DNA from: Trueperaceae bacterium
GTDB lineage: Bacteria > Deinococcota > Deinococci > Deinococcales > Trueperaceae
DNA: 64,000 nt
Assembly: GCA_034520945.1 (NCBI GenBank)
Contig: JAXHNB010000001.1
Span: 160,001-224,000, forward strand
Reading direction: 5' to 3'
Shown here: piece after piece, positions 9,398-18,266 of the stretch
Numbering within the stretch: position 1 is the stretch's first letter
Layout of the letters: every line of letters starts with the position of its first letter
Made by a program: the position numbers and the translations under genes
The notes under the pieces: model-generated
Databases searched by the model: none
What the model saw: only the letters and a program-made list of their open reading frames with translations
Told to the model about the DNA's origin: nothing

Positions 9398-10296
9398 CGC
9401 TCTACCTCCCGGCTGCCGACGACGCGGATCTGGATCAACGAGAAGATCGCCGCGATGAGCGCGACGGTGTAGGCGATCGCCGAGGCGTAGCCGAAGTTGA
9501 AGCTACGGAAGCCCTGCTTGTACAGGTAGGTGACCAAGGTCTCGGTGGCGTTGCCCGGGCCCGTGGTGGTGATGAGCCAGGGCTCGGTGAACAGTTGCAG
9601 GGTGCCGATGGTCGACAGCACGAAGCAGAACAGCAGCACCGGGCGAAGCAGCGGCAGCGTGATGCGGAAGAACTGCTGGATCGGCCCGGCGCCGTCGATG
9701 CGGGCCGCTTCGTACAGCGTCTGGGGGATCGCTTGCAGGCCGGAGAGCAAAATGATGGCGTTGTAGCCGGCCCAGCGCCAGGTCAGCGCGATCATGATGG
9801 TGATCATCGCCGGCGTGCTCTCGAACAGCCACGACACCGTGGGCAGCCCCAGGCGGGAGAGGGCGAAGTTGAGCACCCCGAACTGCTCGTTGAACACCAG
9901 GCGGAACACCGCGGAGTAGGGGACCGCGCCGAGCACCAGGGGCGCGAAGAAGGCGAAGCGGAAGAACCCCTTGGCGCGCAACAGGTCGCTGGCGAAGGCC
10001 ACCGCCAGCAGGGTGGCGAACGCCAGCATGATCGGCACCTGCACCACCAGGATGGTGAGGGTGTTCTGCAGGGCGTTCCAAAAGAACTCGTCCTGGAGCA
10101 GGCGGCCCCAGTTGAAGTCCCAGTCCAGCGTCCAGGGGCGCTGCCGCGTGTTCAGGAAGCTGAGCACGAACGAGGCGGCGATCGGATAGATCCAGAAGAT
10201 CGCGAAGAAGGCGAAGAAGGGCAGCAGAAACAGATAGGGGGCCCACGTGCGGGGTCGCCAGCGGGCCATGCGGGCCACAGGGCCGGGTCGGGTCAT
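9394..10296 (-). CDS. Carbohydrate ABC transporter permease (MalF-like)
   Basis: LYEAARIDGAG, FGYASAIAY; 4-nt overlap with the next gene. Confidence 0.93.
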   Translation of the reverse strand: MTRPGPVARMARWRPRTWAPYLFLLPFFAFFAIFWIYPIAASFVLSFLNTRQRPWTLDWDFNWGRLLQDEFFWNALQNTLTILVVQVPIMLAFATLLAVAFASDLLRAKGFFRFAFFAPLVLGAVPYSAVFRLVFNEQFGVLNFALSRLGLPTVSWLFESTPAMITIMIALTWRWAGYNAIILLSGLQAIPQTLYEAARIDGAGPIQQFFRITLPLLRPVLLFCFVLSTIGTLQLFTEPWLITTTGPGNATETLVTYLYKQGFRSFNFGYASAIAYTVALIAAIFSLIQIRVVGSREVER

Positions 10297-10395
10297 CGGC
10301 GGCTCCTCGGAGGGTGGGTCCGCGCACGCGCGGCGCCCGAGCAGGACGCGAGGCTGGGCGCGCCGGCAGGGCCGGCGCGCCCAGGAGGCGGTCCC

Positions 10396-11655
10396 TCAGT
10401 CCGCGACCGGCAGGCCCGTGCTGCTGGAGATCTGGCTCGCGGCTTGCGCCAGCGCCTCTTCGGCGCTGTCGTAGCGGCCGTCGAGGAAGTCGTTGACGAC
10501 CACCGTCATCACCTCCCGCGCCTCTTCGAAGTACTGCGTGCCGGAAACCGGGGGTACGTCGCCGAGGGTGGGGAGAATGTCGGCCCAGATGGCCTGGTCG
10601 CCGAAGTACGGCACGCCCTGCTCGAGTTCGGGCGCGTCCTGCAGCGACAGCAGGGAGGGGGTCAGGCCGTGCTCGAACAGGATCTCGAGCTGGTTCTGCT
10701 CGTCCGCGAGGGCGTTGGTGACGAAGTCGTACGCGATCTCGGGATGGTCGGTGGAGGCGGGGATGGCCAGGGCGGACCCGCCGATGTTGCTGGCGCGGAC
10801 GCCGCCCTCCTCGAGCGCGGGGGCCCGGTAGACGCCCCACTGGCCGGCCTGATCGGGGGCTTCCGCCTGGATCACGCCGCCGTACCAGGAGCCGAAGTAG
10901 GCGCTCGCGGCGACGTCGTTCTGGATGAACTGGATCTGCTCGACCCAGCCGCCGGCATGGAGCACGCTGGCGTCCCAGAGCATCTCGAGGGTCTCCATCG
11001 CCTGGACGCATCCCGGCTCGGCGACGGTGACCATGCTGGCGTCCTGATCGAAGTAGAAGCAGCCGGCCTGGTTGGCCAGCATGCGGAACCACTCGTCGTC
11101 GCCGCCCTTGGAGACGGTGGCCATCTTGACGTTGCCGTCGAAGGCGTCGTTCATGCGGGTGCCGGCCTCGGCGAAGTCGTCCCAGGTCTCGATCGATGCC
11201 GGGTCGATGCCGGCCTGTTCGTACAGGTCACGGCGGTAGAACACCGCGGTCGGGCCCGAATCGAAGGGGATCGCATGGATCGTGTCGCCGACCGTCAGTT
11301 CGGACCACTTGAACTCGGGGAACTGCGGAAGGAGCTCCTCCGCGCCGAGCTCGCGCAGGTCGAGGAAGCAGTCGGGGAACTGGGCCCAGAACACCTCCGC
11401 CTCGTTGTTCTCGACCAGGTACACGTCCGGCATGTCGAACCCGCCGGCGGCGCACCCGGCGAGGCCCCGGTCGTACACGTTCTGGTTGCCGAGGTCCTCG
11501 ATGACGACCTCCACGTCGGGGTGCATCTCGTGGAAGCTGTCGAGCGTGCTTTCGAGGGCCGGCTTGTTGATGTCCCACACCCACACGTTCAGGGTCTGGG
11601 CGCTGGCGGCCGCGCCGAAGGCGGCGACGAGGAGGGCGAGGGCGATTCGTGTCAT
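10396..11655 (-). CDS. Sugar ABC transporter substrate-binding protein
   Basis: Signal peptide, PFDSGPTAVFYRRDLYEQAGID, GGSALAIP; GGAGG RBS. Confidence 0.93.
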   Translation of the reverse strand: MTRIALALLVAAFGAAASAQTLNVWVWDINKPALESTLDSFHEMHPDVEVVIEDLGNQNVYDRGLAGCAAGGFDMPDVYLVENNEAEVFWAQFPDCFLDLRELGAEELLPQFPEFKWSELTVGDTIHAIPFDSGPTAVFYRRDLYEQAGIDPASIETWDDFAEAGTRMNDAFDGNVKMATVSKGGDDEWFRMLANQAGCFYFDQDASMVTVAEPGCVQAMETLEMLWDASVLHAGGWVEQIQFIQNDVAASAYFGSWYGGVIQAEAPDQAGQWGVYRAPALEEGGVRASNIGGSALAIPASTDHPEIAYDFVTNALADEQNQLEILFEHGLTPSLLSLQDAPELEQGVPYFGDQAIWADILPTLGDVPPVSGTQYFEEAREVMTVVVNDFLDGRYDSAEEALAQAASQISSSTGLPVAD

Positions 11656-11787
11656 GGGTGCCTCCGTTCCAAGGGCTTGGGGCCTGACATCCCGGGTCGC
11701 TCCGGCGGTGCGACGCCCGGCGCGTGCGTTGGAAGCCGCCGCGCCACGCGGCCGAACGGCCGGAACGTGGCACGCGTATCAGGATCA

Positions 11788-11801
11788 CTAACGCGTGTTA
11801 G
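11788..11801. promoter_or_regulatory. LacI-type operator CTAACGCGTGTTAG
   Basis: 14-bp near-palindrome with central CG and one mismatched pair, upstream of the galactoside operon that contains the lacI gene. Confidence 0.6.
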
Positions 11802-11833
11802 CCCACGATAGGGAACGGCGTCGCCGCTGTCAA

Positions 11834-11878
11834 TCACCCCTCGCGAACGGCGTCCAGGACGCCGTTCGCGAGGGGTGA
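11834..11878. terminator. Perfect 22-bp inverted repeat with 1-nt spacer downstream of lexA
   Basis: tcacccctcgcgaacggcgtcc-a-ggacgccgttcgcgaggggtga. Confidence 0.6.
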
Positions 11879-11936
11879 GCGAATGACCGCGTCCGGCGGC
11901 CGCCCTGCGTGCGGTGGGTGGGGCGAGGCGCGCCCG

Positions 11937-12557
11937 TCAGTCGGCGTCGTCGAGCAGGTCCAGCACGGCCCCCCGGAGGAGACCGCGGTAGACCCCTTCG
12001 ACCTCCACCTCGTCGGGTCCGACCTCGAAGGTGGGATAGGCCGGGTTGTGGGCGCGCAACGCGTAGCGCCTCTCGTCCAGGCGGTCGAGGTACTTGAGGG
12101 TCACGTCGTCGGCGCCGACGCGGACGGCGCAGATCTCACCGGAACGGCGGGCGGGGCGCTTCTCGAACAACACGACGTCGCCGTCCTGGATCAGGTCGGC
12201 CATCGAGTCCCCGGACACCCGCAGCGCGAAGCCGCGCCCCTGCAGCCCGGCGAGGGGCAGGTAGGCGTCGGCGTGCGCCACCGCCTCGGAGAGCGGGCCG
12301 GCGGGGATGGCGCCGAGCACGGGCACGCCGGTGGCCGCGGCGGGAAGGGACAGGCGCGGCGAGCGGCCGCGCCCCCGGCTCTCGAACTGGAGGTACCCCT
12401 TGTGGGCCAAGGCTTCGAGGTGCTGCTTCAGGCTGACGTAGTGCATGCCCAACCCCCGGGCGAACGAGGCGAGGTCGGGCGCCTCCCCGGTTCGGGCGAC
12501 GTGGTCGCGCAGGCGTTCGTACACGCGGTGTTGCGCGGGGGGCAAAGGGCGAGACAA
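11937..12557 (-). CDS. lexA: LexA-like repressor (winged HTH + S24 peptidase)
   Basis: Cleavage site IPAG, catalytic GDSM Ser and TLK Lys, N-terminal HTH ending HLEALAHKGYL; TTG start. Confidence 0.85.
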   Translation of the reverse strand: MSRPLPPAQHRVYERLRDHVARTGEAPDLASFARGLGMHYVSLKQHLEALAHKGYLQFESRGRGRSPRLSLPAAATGVPVLGAIPAGPLSEAVAHADAYLPLAGLQGRGFALRVSGDSMADLIQDGDVVLFEKRPARRSGEICAVRVGADDVTLKYLDRLDERRYALRAHNPAYPTFEVGPDEVEVEGVYRGLLRGAVLDLLDDAD

Positions 12558-12558
12558 G

Positions 12559-12596
12559 GTACCTCAAATGATAAGGTACGCGCCCGTCCACGTCAA
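12559..12596 (-). promoter_or_regulatory. lexA promoter TTGACG-17-TATCAT overlapped by palindrome GTACCT-N9-AGGTAC
   Basis: -35 at 12596-12591, -10 at 12573-12568; palindrome arms at 12559-12564 and 12574-12579. Confidence 0.7.
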
Positions 12597-12757
12597 GCGT
12601 CGCTCATGATCCGTGGCGCATGCAGAGATCAGCGCGATGGCACGGGAGGCGCGTCCAGCACGTTGCTCGGAACCATTCCGAGAACCGTGGCGGAGCATGC
12701 GTGTGTGAAAATGGTGAGAAGCCACGTGTTGGACGGGGTTGACCGCGGCTCGGGGGG

Positions 12758-12786
12758 TTTACACGAAGCCGAGGAGGTGCTATATT
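12758..12786 (+). promoter_or_regulatory. Sigma70-type promoter for the Crp/Fnr gene
   Basis: TTTACA-17 nt-TATATT with extended TGn motif. Confidence 0.65.
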
Positions 12787-12926
12787 TTTCGTAGTGATTG
12801 CGAGGGGGCGCCTGGCCCGAAGCCGGGTGGCCACCGTTCGAGACCCACCTTCTCACGCATACTCCTTCGCACCCCTGCACACCACCCGCCCGGATCCGCT
12901 CCGGTGATTTGGAGAAGAGGGAAGCC

Positions 12927-13610
12927 ATGCTCAACACCTTCGAGACGCTCAACCAGCCGCAGCAGTGCGACGTGAACGACATCGTACCCAGCACGCTGGC
13001 CCTGCCGACCCGCACGCTCGAGCCCGGAAGCACGCTGTACGAGGCCGACCGTGAAGCCGCCAGCCTGTACGTCGTGAACTACGGCGTCCTCAAGGCGGTG
13101 GTGCCCACCAGCCTCGGCCGCGATCGCATCGCCGATCTGTACGGCACCGGCGACGTTCTGGGCCTGGCCTCGCTGGACGGCGGCCTGCACGCCGAGACGG
13201 TCGTGGCCGTGCACGAAGCCTGCCTGACCCCGATCGATCCGCAGCAGGCGATGAACGACCGCAAGCTGCGCGACTACATCATGCAGAGCATGGCGCGCCA
13301 GCTGCGCCGCAGCCGCGAGATGATCGACGAGGCCGAGATGCCGGTCGGGGCCCGCGTGACGCGCGCATTCCTGCGCCTCGCCTATCAGTTCGGTCAGCCC
13401 AGCGACGAGAACGAGGGCGGCATCAAGCTTCCCCTGGCCCTCACCCACGAGGACCTGGCCGACCTCACGGGCAGCAGCCGCGTGACCATCACGCGCATCC
13501 TCGGTGAGCTCCGCAGCGGCGGTGCGTTGGCCGGCACGCGCGGCGTCTACGTCGCCGATCCCGAAGGGCTCGAGCGCGCCACCGACCAGTACGTGATGCA
13601 GGTGCTCTGA
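12927..13610 (+). CDS. Crp/Fnr-family transcriptional regulator
   Basis: cNMP-binding-like beta barrel (LYVVNYGVLK, GDVLG) and HTH LTHEDLADLTGSSRVTITRILGEL; purine-rich RBS before ATG 12927. Confidence 0.92.
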   Translation: MLNTFETLNQPQQCDVNDIVPSTLALPTRTLEPGSTLYEADREAASLYVVNYGVLKAVVPTSLGRDRIADLYGTGDVLGLASLDGGLHAETVVAVHEACLTPIDPQQAMNDRKLRDYIMQSMARQLRRSREMIDEAEMPVGARVTRAFLRLAYQFGQPSDENEGGIKLPLALTHEDLADLTGSSRVTITRILGELRSGGALAGTRGVYVADPEGLERATDQYVMQVL

Positions 13611-13634
13611 GTCGAAGCATCGCACCCGACGAAG

Positions 13635-13667
13635 GCGCGGCGCCGGCCCCAGCGGTCGGCGCCGCGC
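13635..13667. terminator. GC-rich hairpin between convergent genes
   Basis: gcgcggcgccggcc-ccagc-ggtcggcgccgcgc. Confidence 0.55.
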
Positions 13668-13685
13668 TCGTGGGTAGGGCCCGCG

Positions 13686-14123
13686 TCAAGGCGTGTGCGT
13701 CGGTTCTTCGTCAGGCTGCAACGAGGCGCGGGTGCCGTACGCGTTCGCACCCCGGTCGCCGGGCCACGCCAGGGTGACCCCCAGGACCGCCAGCGACGCG
13801 ACCGCGAACACCCACGCGAACGGGAACGCGAAGGTGCTGAGCGGAAACGACAACACCAGCAGGCCCAAGGCGCCGTTCGCGCCCATGTCGTGGAAGCGTC
13901 GCACGGCCAGCGCGACGTGCACCAGCGGGTGCGCCAGCAACGCCGGCACGAAGGAGGGGCGCGCGACGGGCGGCGGCAGCGGTTCGGTGCCGCCCAGCAC
14001 CGCCAAGTCCAGCGCAGCACCGATGAGCCCGATCAGCACGGTCCACGCCAACAGGTAGGCGGCGTAGCGCCGCCGGCCCAGCCGCCCCCGCAGCGCGAAC
14101 GGATAGAACGTCTTCGGGCTCAC
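13686..14123 (-). CDS. DUF805 (YhaH-like) membrane protein
   Basis: GRLGRRRY, LAVRRFHDMG, PGDRGANAYG. Confidence 0.85.
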   Translation of the reverse strand: MSPKTFYPFALRGRLGRRRYAAYLLAWTVLIGLIGAALDLAVLGGTEPLPPPVARPSFVPALLAHPLVHVALAVRRFHDMGANGALGLLVLSFPLSTFAFPFAWVFAVASLAVLGVTLAWPGDRGANAYGTRASLQPDEEPTHTP

Positions 14124-14273
14124 CGCCGCTCGCCTCCTTCCCGCCCCACGCCCGAACGCCGTGGGTCGATCCGGCGCGGGGTTCGCGGCGCGACCCTACC
14201 GCAGCGGTCGCGCGGGCGAACCACGTAAGGTGCGGCGCGCGGCGCGGCGGGGCGCGTGCCTATACTGAGCCTT

Positions 14274-14861
14274 ATGCTCACCTTTACCGACGTCGCCAGG
14301 GAGCGGGTGCAGGGCTTCCTGGACGCGCAGAAGTCGCAGGGCGTGACCGCGCTCCGCATCGCAGGAACGCGCGCGGACCCGAAGCTATGGTTGGTGCGGG
14401 ACGAGGACCGTCAGGAGGGCGACCGGAGCTTCGACGGCGGCGGCTTCGACGTGCTTCTCGACCCGATGAGCGCCCGTCAGCTCGAGGGCGCCACCGTCGA
14501 CTTCGTCGACGGTGTGATGCAGTCGGGGTTCCGCGTCTACTTCGAGAGCCCCAGTTGGGACGACCCTACCGCCCAACGCGTGCAGGACGTGCTGGACACC
14601 ATGATCAATCCGGGCGTCGCCGGTCACGGCGGCAGCGTCTCCCTCCACGGCGTCGAGGAGGGACGCGCCATCATCGAGTTCGGCGGCGGCTGCCAGGGGT
14701 GCGGTGCGGCCGACGTCACGCTGAAGCACGGCGTAGAGCGCATGATCCGCGAACAGGTGCCCGAGATCGCCGGCATCGTGGACGCGACCGACCATGCTGC
14801 GGGCGAGAACCCGTACTACGCGCCCGACCAGACGGCCGACTCGCCGTTGAGCGACCGCTAG
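14274..14861 (+). CDS. nfuA: Fe-S carrier NfuA (degenerate A-type domain + NifU C-terminal domain)
   Basis: INPGVAGHGG, FGGGCQGCG, DATDHAAGENPYY; TATACT 7 nt before ATG. Confidence 0.9.
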   Translation: MLTFTDVARERVQGFLDAQKSQGVTALRIAGTRADPKLWLVRDEDRQEGDRSFDGGGFDVLLDPMSARQLEGATVDFVDGVMQSGFRVYFESPSWDDPTAQRVQDVLDTMINPGVAGHGGSVSLHGVEEGRAIIEFGGGCQGCGAADVTLKHGVERMIREQVPEIAGIVDATDHAAGENPYYAPDQTADSPLSDR

Positions 14862-14869
14862 ACGCTGCG

Positions 14870-15292
14870 CTAGGCCCCGAAGGCGCCGTCCTCGCGCGGG
14901 TCGTGGCGCCGGCGCAACAAGCCGCCGACCACCCGGTCCAGGCTCTTGCCCTGGACCGGCTTGTAGATCACCTGGTCGGCGCCGGCCTCGCGCACGCGCG
15001 CCTCCATGTCGTCGCGCTCGGTGGAGGTCATGACCAGGATGGGCATGTTCGCGAACCGGCGCAGCCGACGCACGCGCTTGGCCAGCTCGAGTCCGCTCAT
15101 GAACGGCATCTCCACGTCCACGATCATCAGGTCCGGCGTGAGCGACTGCAGCAGGGTCAGCGCCTCGTGGCCGTCGCGGGCCGTCTCGACCTGGTAGCGA
15201 TGCGCGCCCAAGGCCAGCTCGAGGACCTTGAGGTGGCCTTCGCTGTCGTCGACGGCCAGGATGGTGCGAGAGGGGGCGGGAGAAGCAGCCAT
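14870..15292 (-). CDS. Single-domain response regulator (CheY-like)
   Basis: ILAVDD, IVDVEMPFMSG, MTS, KP. Confidence 0.9.
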   Translation of the reverse strand: MAASPAPSRTILAVDDSEGHLKVLELALGAHRYQVETARDGHEALTLLQSLTPDLMIVDVEMPFMSGLELAKRVRRLRRFANMPILVMTSTERDDMEARVREAGADQVIYKPVQGKSLDRVVGGLLRRRHDPREDGAFGA

Positions 15293-15444
15293 GGAGCCAT
15301 GGTGGACCCCCCAGCCTCACGGATCCCTTACGCGTAGGGCCGGGTGCGTCGCACGCGGCCCGCGCCCCGCCCGCCGGGCGGCGGTGCGGCCCGGGACTTG
15401 GCGCCCCGCGGGTGCATGATCATCCAGCCGCGCCCGAAGGCGTC

Positions 15445-15473
15445 TTGACGGGGACGCATAGGGGCGATACGAT
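15445..15473 (+). promoter_or_regulatory. Sigma70-type promoter upstream of the purine ABC operon
   Basis: TTGACG-17 nt-TACGAT. Confidence 0.7.
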
Positions 15474-15479
15474 TCCGAA

Positions 15480-15560
15480 ACTAGACTCATGCGAATGAAT
15501 GGGTGGCGTGTGGCGCGCATGTCATCCGCCTCTTGCGTGGCATCCCGAGCTCGCGTATGC
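15480..15560 (+). ncRNA. Candidate structured 5' leader or small RNA
   Basis: Two stacked helices (15488-15494/15533-15539 and 15501-15512/15516-15527) with six G.U pairs, directly after a consensus promoter. Confidence 0.35.
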
Positions 15561-15567
15561 TGCAGCA

Positions 15568-17151
15568 GTGCCGGCCGCCCGGGCCCACCAGCCCCCCGCC
15601 CCCCTGCTGGAGATGCGCGGCGTCACCAAGCGCTTTCCCGGCGTGGTGGCCAACGACGCGGTCGACCTCGAGCTCCGCGCCGGCGAAGTGCACGCGCTGC
15701 TCGGCGAGAACGGGGCGGGCAAGACCACCCTCATGCACGTGTTGTACGGGCTGCAGGCCCCCGATGAGGGATCGTTGCTGCTCCGGGGCGCACCGGTCCG
15801 CCTCCGCTCGCCCCGCGACGCCATGGCGCACGGCATCGGGTTGGTCGCCCAGCACTTCAACCTGGCCCGGCGCCACACCGTCGCCGAGAACCTTGCCCTG
15901 GCGGTACCGGGGCTGCCGGCGTTGTTCCCCGCCCGGGCCGTCCGATCGCGCGTGCACGAGGTCGCGACCCGCTACGGCTTCGAGGTCGACCTGGACGCCC
16001 GCGTCGGCGCCCTGTCCCCCGGCGAACGACAACGCGTCGAGATCCTCAAGGCGCTGCTGCAAGGCGCCGAGCTGCTGATCCTCGACGAGCCCACCAGCGT
16101 GCTGACCCCCCAAGAGTCGGGCCGGTTGTTCGAGGTGGTCGGCCGCATGACCGACGAAGGCAAGGGCGTGGTGTTCATCACCCACAAACTCGACGAGGTA
16201 CTCCGCGTCGCGGACCGCATCACCGTGCTGCGCCACGGCAGGGTCGTGGGGCGACGCGACGCCGCCGGGACGACCTCGAGCGAGCTGGCGACGTTGATGG
16301 TGGGCCGCTCGGTGTCGCGCGGGCGCGTTCCCGCCCCGCACGCGCCGGGGGCGGCCCGGCTGCACGTGCGGGACCTCGCGGTGCGCGCCCAAGATGGCAC
16401 CCCCCGGCTGGACGGCGTCTCCTTCGAGCTTCACGGCGGCGAGATCCTCGGCGTGGCCGGCGTGGCCGGCAACGGTCAGGCCGAACTGGCGCAGGTCCTG
16501 ACCGGCCTGATGCGGGCCGAGGGGGGCCGGGTGCACCTGGACGGCCAGGACGTCGCGGGGGCGGGCGTGCGGAGCCTGTTCGAGCGCGGCGTGGTGCACA
16601 TCCCCGAGGACCGCAACGAGATGGGGGTGGTGGGCGCCATGCGCGTGAGCGAGAACCTGGTCCTGCGCCGGCACCGGCAGGCCCCGTTCGCGAAGGGCCG
16701 GCTGCTGGACTGGGGCGAGGTGGGGCGGCACGCGGATGGCGCCATCCGCGACTACGCGATCGACGCCCCCACGCGGAACGCGGTCACGCGCCAGCTGTCC
16801 GGCGGCAACGTGCAGAAGGTGATCCTCGCCCGGGAGCTGGGCGGCGAGCCCGGTCTGGTGGTGGCTTCGCACCCCACCTACGGCCTGGACGTCGCCGCGA
16901 CCGAGCTCACGCACCGGTTGCTGCGCGACCAGCGCGACCGGGGCGCCGCCGTGCTGCTGGTGTCGGAGGACCTCGACGAACTGCTGGAGCTCGCCGACCG
17001 GGTGTTGGTGTTGTTCCAAGGGCGCGTGGCCGGCGTGGTGGACGCCGAGACGGTGCGCCGGGAGGACCTGGGCCTGCTGATGGCCGGCCAGACCGTGGCC
17101 GACGCGGCGACGTCCGCCGGGGACGGGGCGGGGGGCGCGGTCTGGGCGTGA
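15568..17151 (+). CDS. Nucleoside/purine ABC transporter ATP-binding protein (two ABC domains)
   Basis: GENGAGKT, LILDEPT, GVAGNGQ, LSGGNVQK, LLVSEDLDE. Start uncertain; GTG 15568 follows TATGCT by 6 nt. Confidence 0.92.
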   Translation: MPAARAHQPPAPLLEMRGVTKRFPGVVANDAVDLELRAGEVHALLGENGAGKTTLMHVLYGLQAPDEGSLLLRGAPVRLRSPRDAMAHGIGLVAQHFNLARRHTVAENLALAVPGLPALFPARAVRSRVHEVATRYGFEVDLDARVGALSPGERQRVEILKALLQGAELLILDEPTSVLTPQESGRLFEVVGRMTDEGKGVVFITHKLDEVLRVADRITVLRHGRVVGRRDAAGTTSSELATLMVGRSVSRGRVPAPHAPGAARLHVRDLAVRAQDGTPRLDGVSFELHGGEILGVAGVAGNGQAELAQVLTGLMRAEGGRVHLDGQDVAGAGVRSLFERGVVHIPEDRNEMGVVGAMRVSENLVLRRHRQAPFAKGRLLDWGEVGRHADGAIRDYAIDAPTRNAVTRQLSGGNVQKVILARELGGEPGLVVASHPTYGLDVAATELTHRLLRDQRDRGAAVLLVSEDLDELLELADRVLVLFQGRVAGVVDAETVRREDLGLLMAGQTVADAATSAGDGAGGAVWA

Positions 17152-18266
17152 GGCGCACCTGGCGGTGGGAGCGGCGCGGCGAGGTCGGGCCGGCCTGGAC
17201 CTGGGCGGTGTCGCTGGGCGCCGTCGGGGTCGCGATCGTGCTGACGGGCGTGTTGTTCGCCGCGTTCGGGGTGGCGCCGCTGCCGGCGTTCGCGAAGATC
17301 GTCGAGCGCACGCTCATGGACGGACGTGGCCTGTCCGAGGTGGTGCGGCGGTCCATTCCCCTGATGCTGGCGGGGGTGGGGTTGGCGCTCGCGTTCCGGG
17401 CGCGCTTCTGGAACATCGGCGCGGAGGGGCAGCTGCTGATGGGGGGCGTCGCGGCCTCCGGCGTGGCGCTGTTCTCAGGCCTGCCCGGCCTGTTGCTGTT
17501 GCCCGCCATGTTCCTGGCCGGCTTCGCGGCCGGGGCGGCGTGGGGGCTCGGCCCCGCCCTGCTGCGGGTTCGGCTGGGCGTCAACGAGATCATCACCACC
17601 CTGATGCTGAACTACGTCGCGATCTACCTGGTGCGCTGGCTGATCAACGGCCCCTGGAAGGGCCGCAGCCTGAGCGGCTTCGCCTACAGCGACCGCTTCG
17701 ACGCCGCGGCGTGGCTCCCCACCCTGGGCACGACACGCTTGCACTGGCCAACGTTGCTGCTGGCGATCGCGCTGGCGGTGCTGGTGGCGTGGCTGCTGGC
17801 CCGGACCCGCTTCGGGTTCGAGGTCCGGATGATCGGCGAGAGCCGCGAAGCGGCGCGCTACGCCGGCGTCGACTTCTTCAAGACCACCCTGGCGCTGGTC
17901 CTGATCTCGGCCGGAGCCGCCGGCCTGGCCGGCGTCGGCGAGGTCGCCGGCATCCACCACCGCCTGGTCGACCCGAACAGCCTGTCGGTCGGCTACGGCT
18001 ATACCGCCATCATCGTCGCGCTGCTGGCGCGGCGTGACCCGCTGGCGTCGCTGGTGACGGCGGCGTTCCTGGGTTGGGTGGCCGCCAGCGGCGACGTGAT
18101 GCAGGTGGCGCTCGGCCTCCCGAGCCAGATCACCGGCGTCACGCAGGGCCTGGTGCTGCTGGTCATCCTGGCCAGCGAGCCGCTGCTGCGCTACCGCCTG
18201 CGCCGCGTGCCGCGGGCCGGCCCCGCGGGCGGCGCGCCGGACGCGGCGGCAGGGGAGGCGCGCTGA
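17148..18266 (+). CDS. Nucleoside ABC transporter permease
   Basis: WNIGAEGQ, NEIITTLMLNY, GYGYTAIIVALL. Confidence 0.92.
   Translation: MRRTWRWERRGEVGPAWTWAVSLGAVGVAIVLTGVLFAAFGVAPLPAFAKIVERTLMDGRGLSEVVRRSIPLMLAGVGLALAFRARFWNIGAEGQLLMGGVAASGVALFSGLPGLLLLPAMFLAGFAAGAAWGLGPALLRVRLGVNEIITTLMLNYVAIYLVRWLINGPWKGRSLSGFAYSDRFDAAAWLPTLGTTRLHWPTLLLAIALAVLVAWLLARTRFGFEVRMIGESREAARYAGVDFFKTTLALVLISAGAAGLAGVGEVAGIHHRLVDPNSLSVGYGYTAIIVALLARRDPLASLVTAAFLGWVAASGDVMQVALGLPSQITGVTQGLVLLVILASEPLLRYRLRRVPRAGPAGGAPDAAAGEAR

Noticed and set aside
1..11655. Missing ATPase genes in the two sugar ABC clusters
   Set aside because: Sharing a MsmX/MalK-type ATPase is routine for CUT1 systems, and the first cluster continues outside the window.
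15489..15767. Leader peptide MRMNGW... upstream of the purine ABC operon
   Set aside because: No SD, not at the inferred start site, and it runs 92 codons out of frame into the ATPase gene; the RNA-structure reading fits better.
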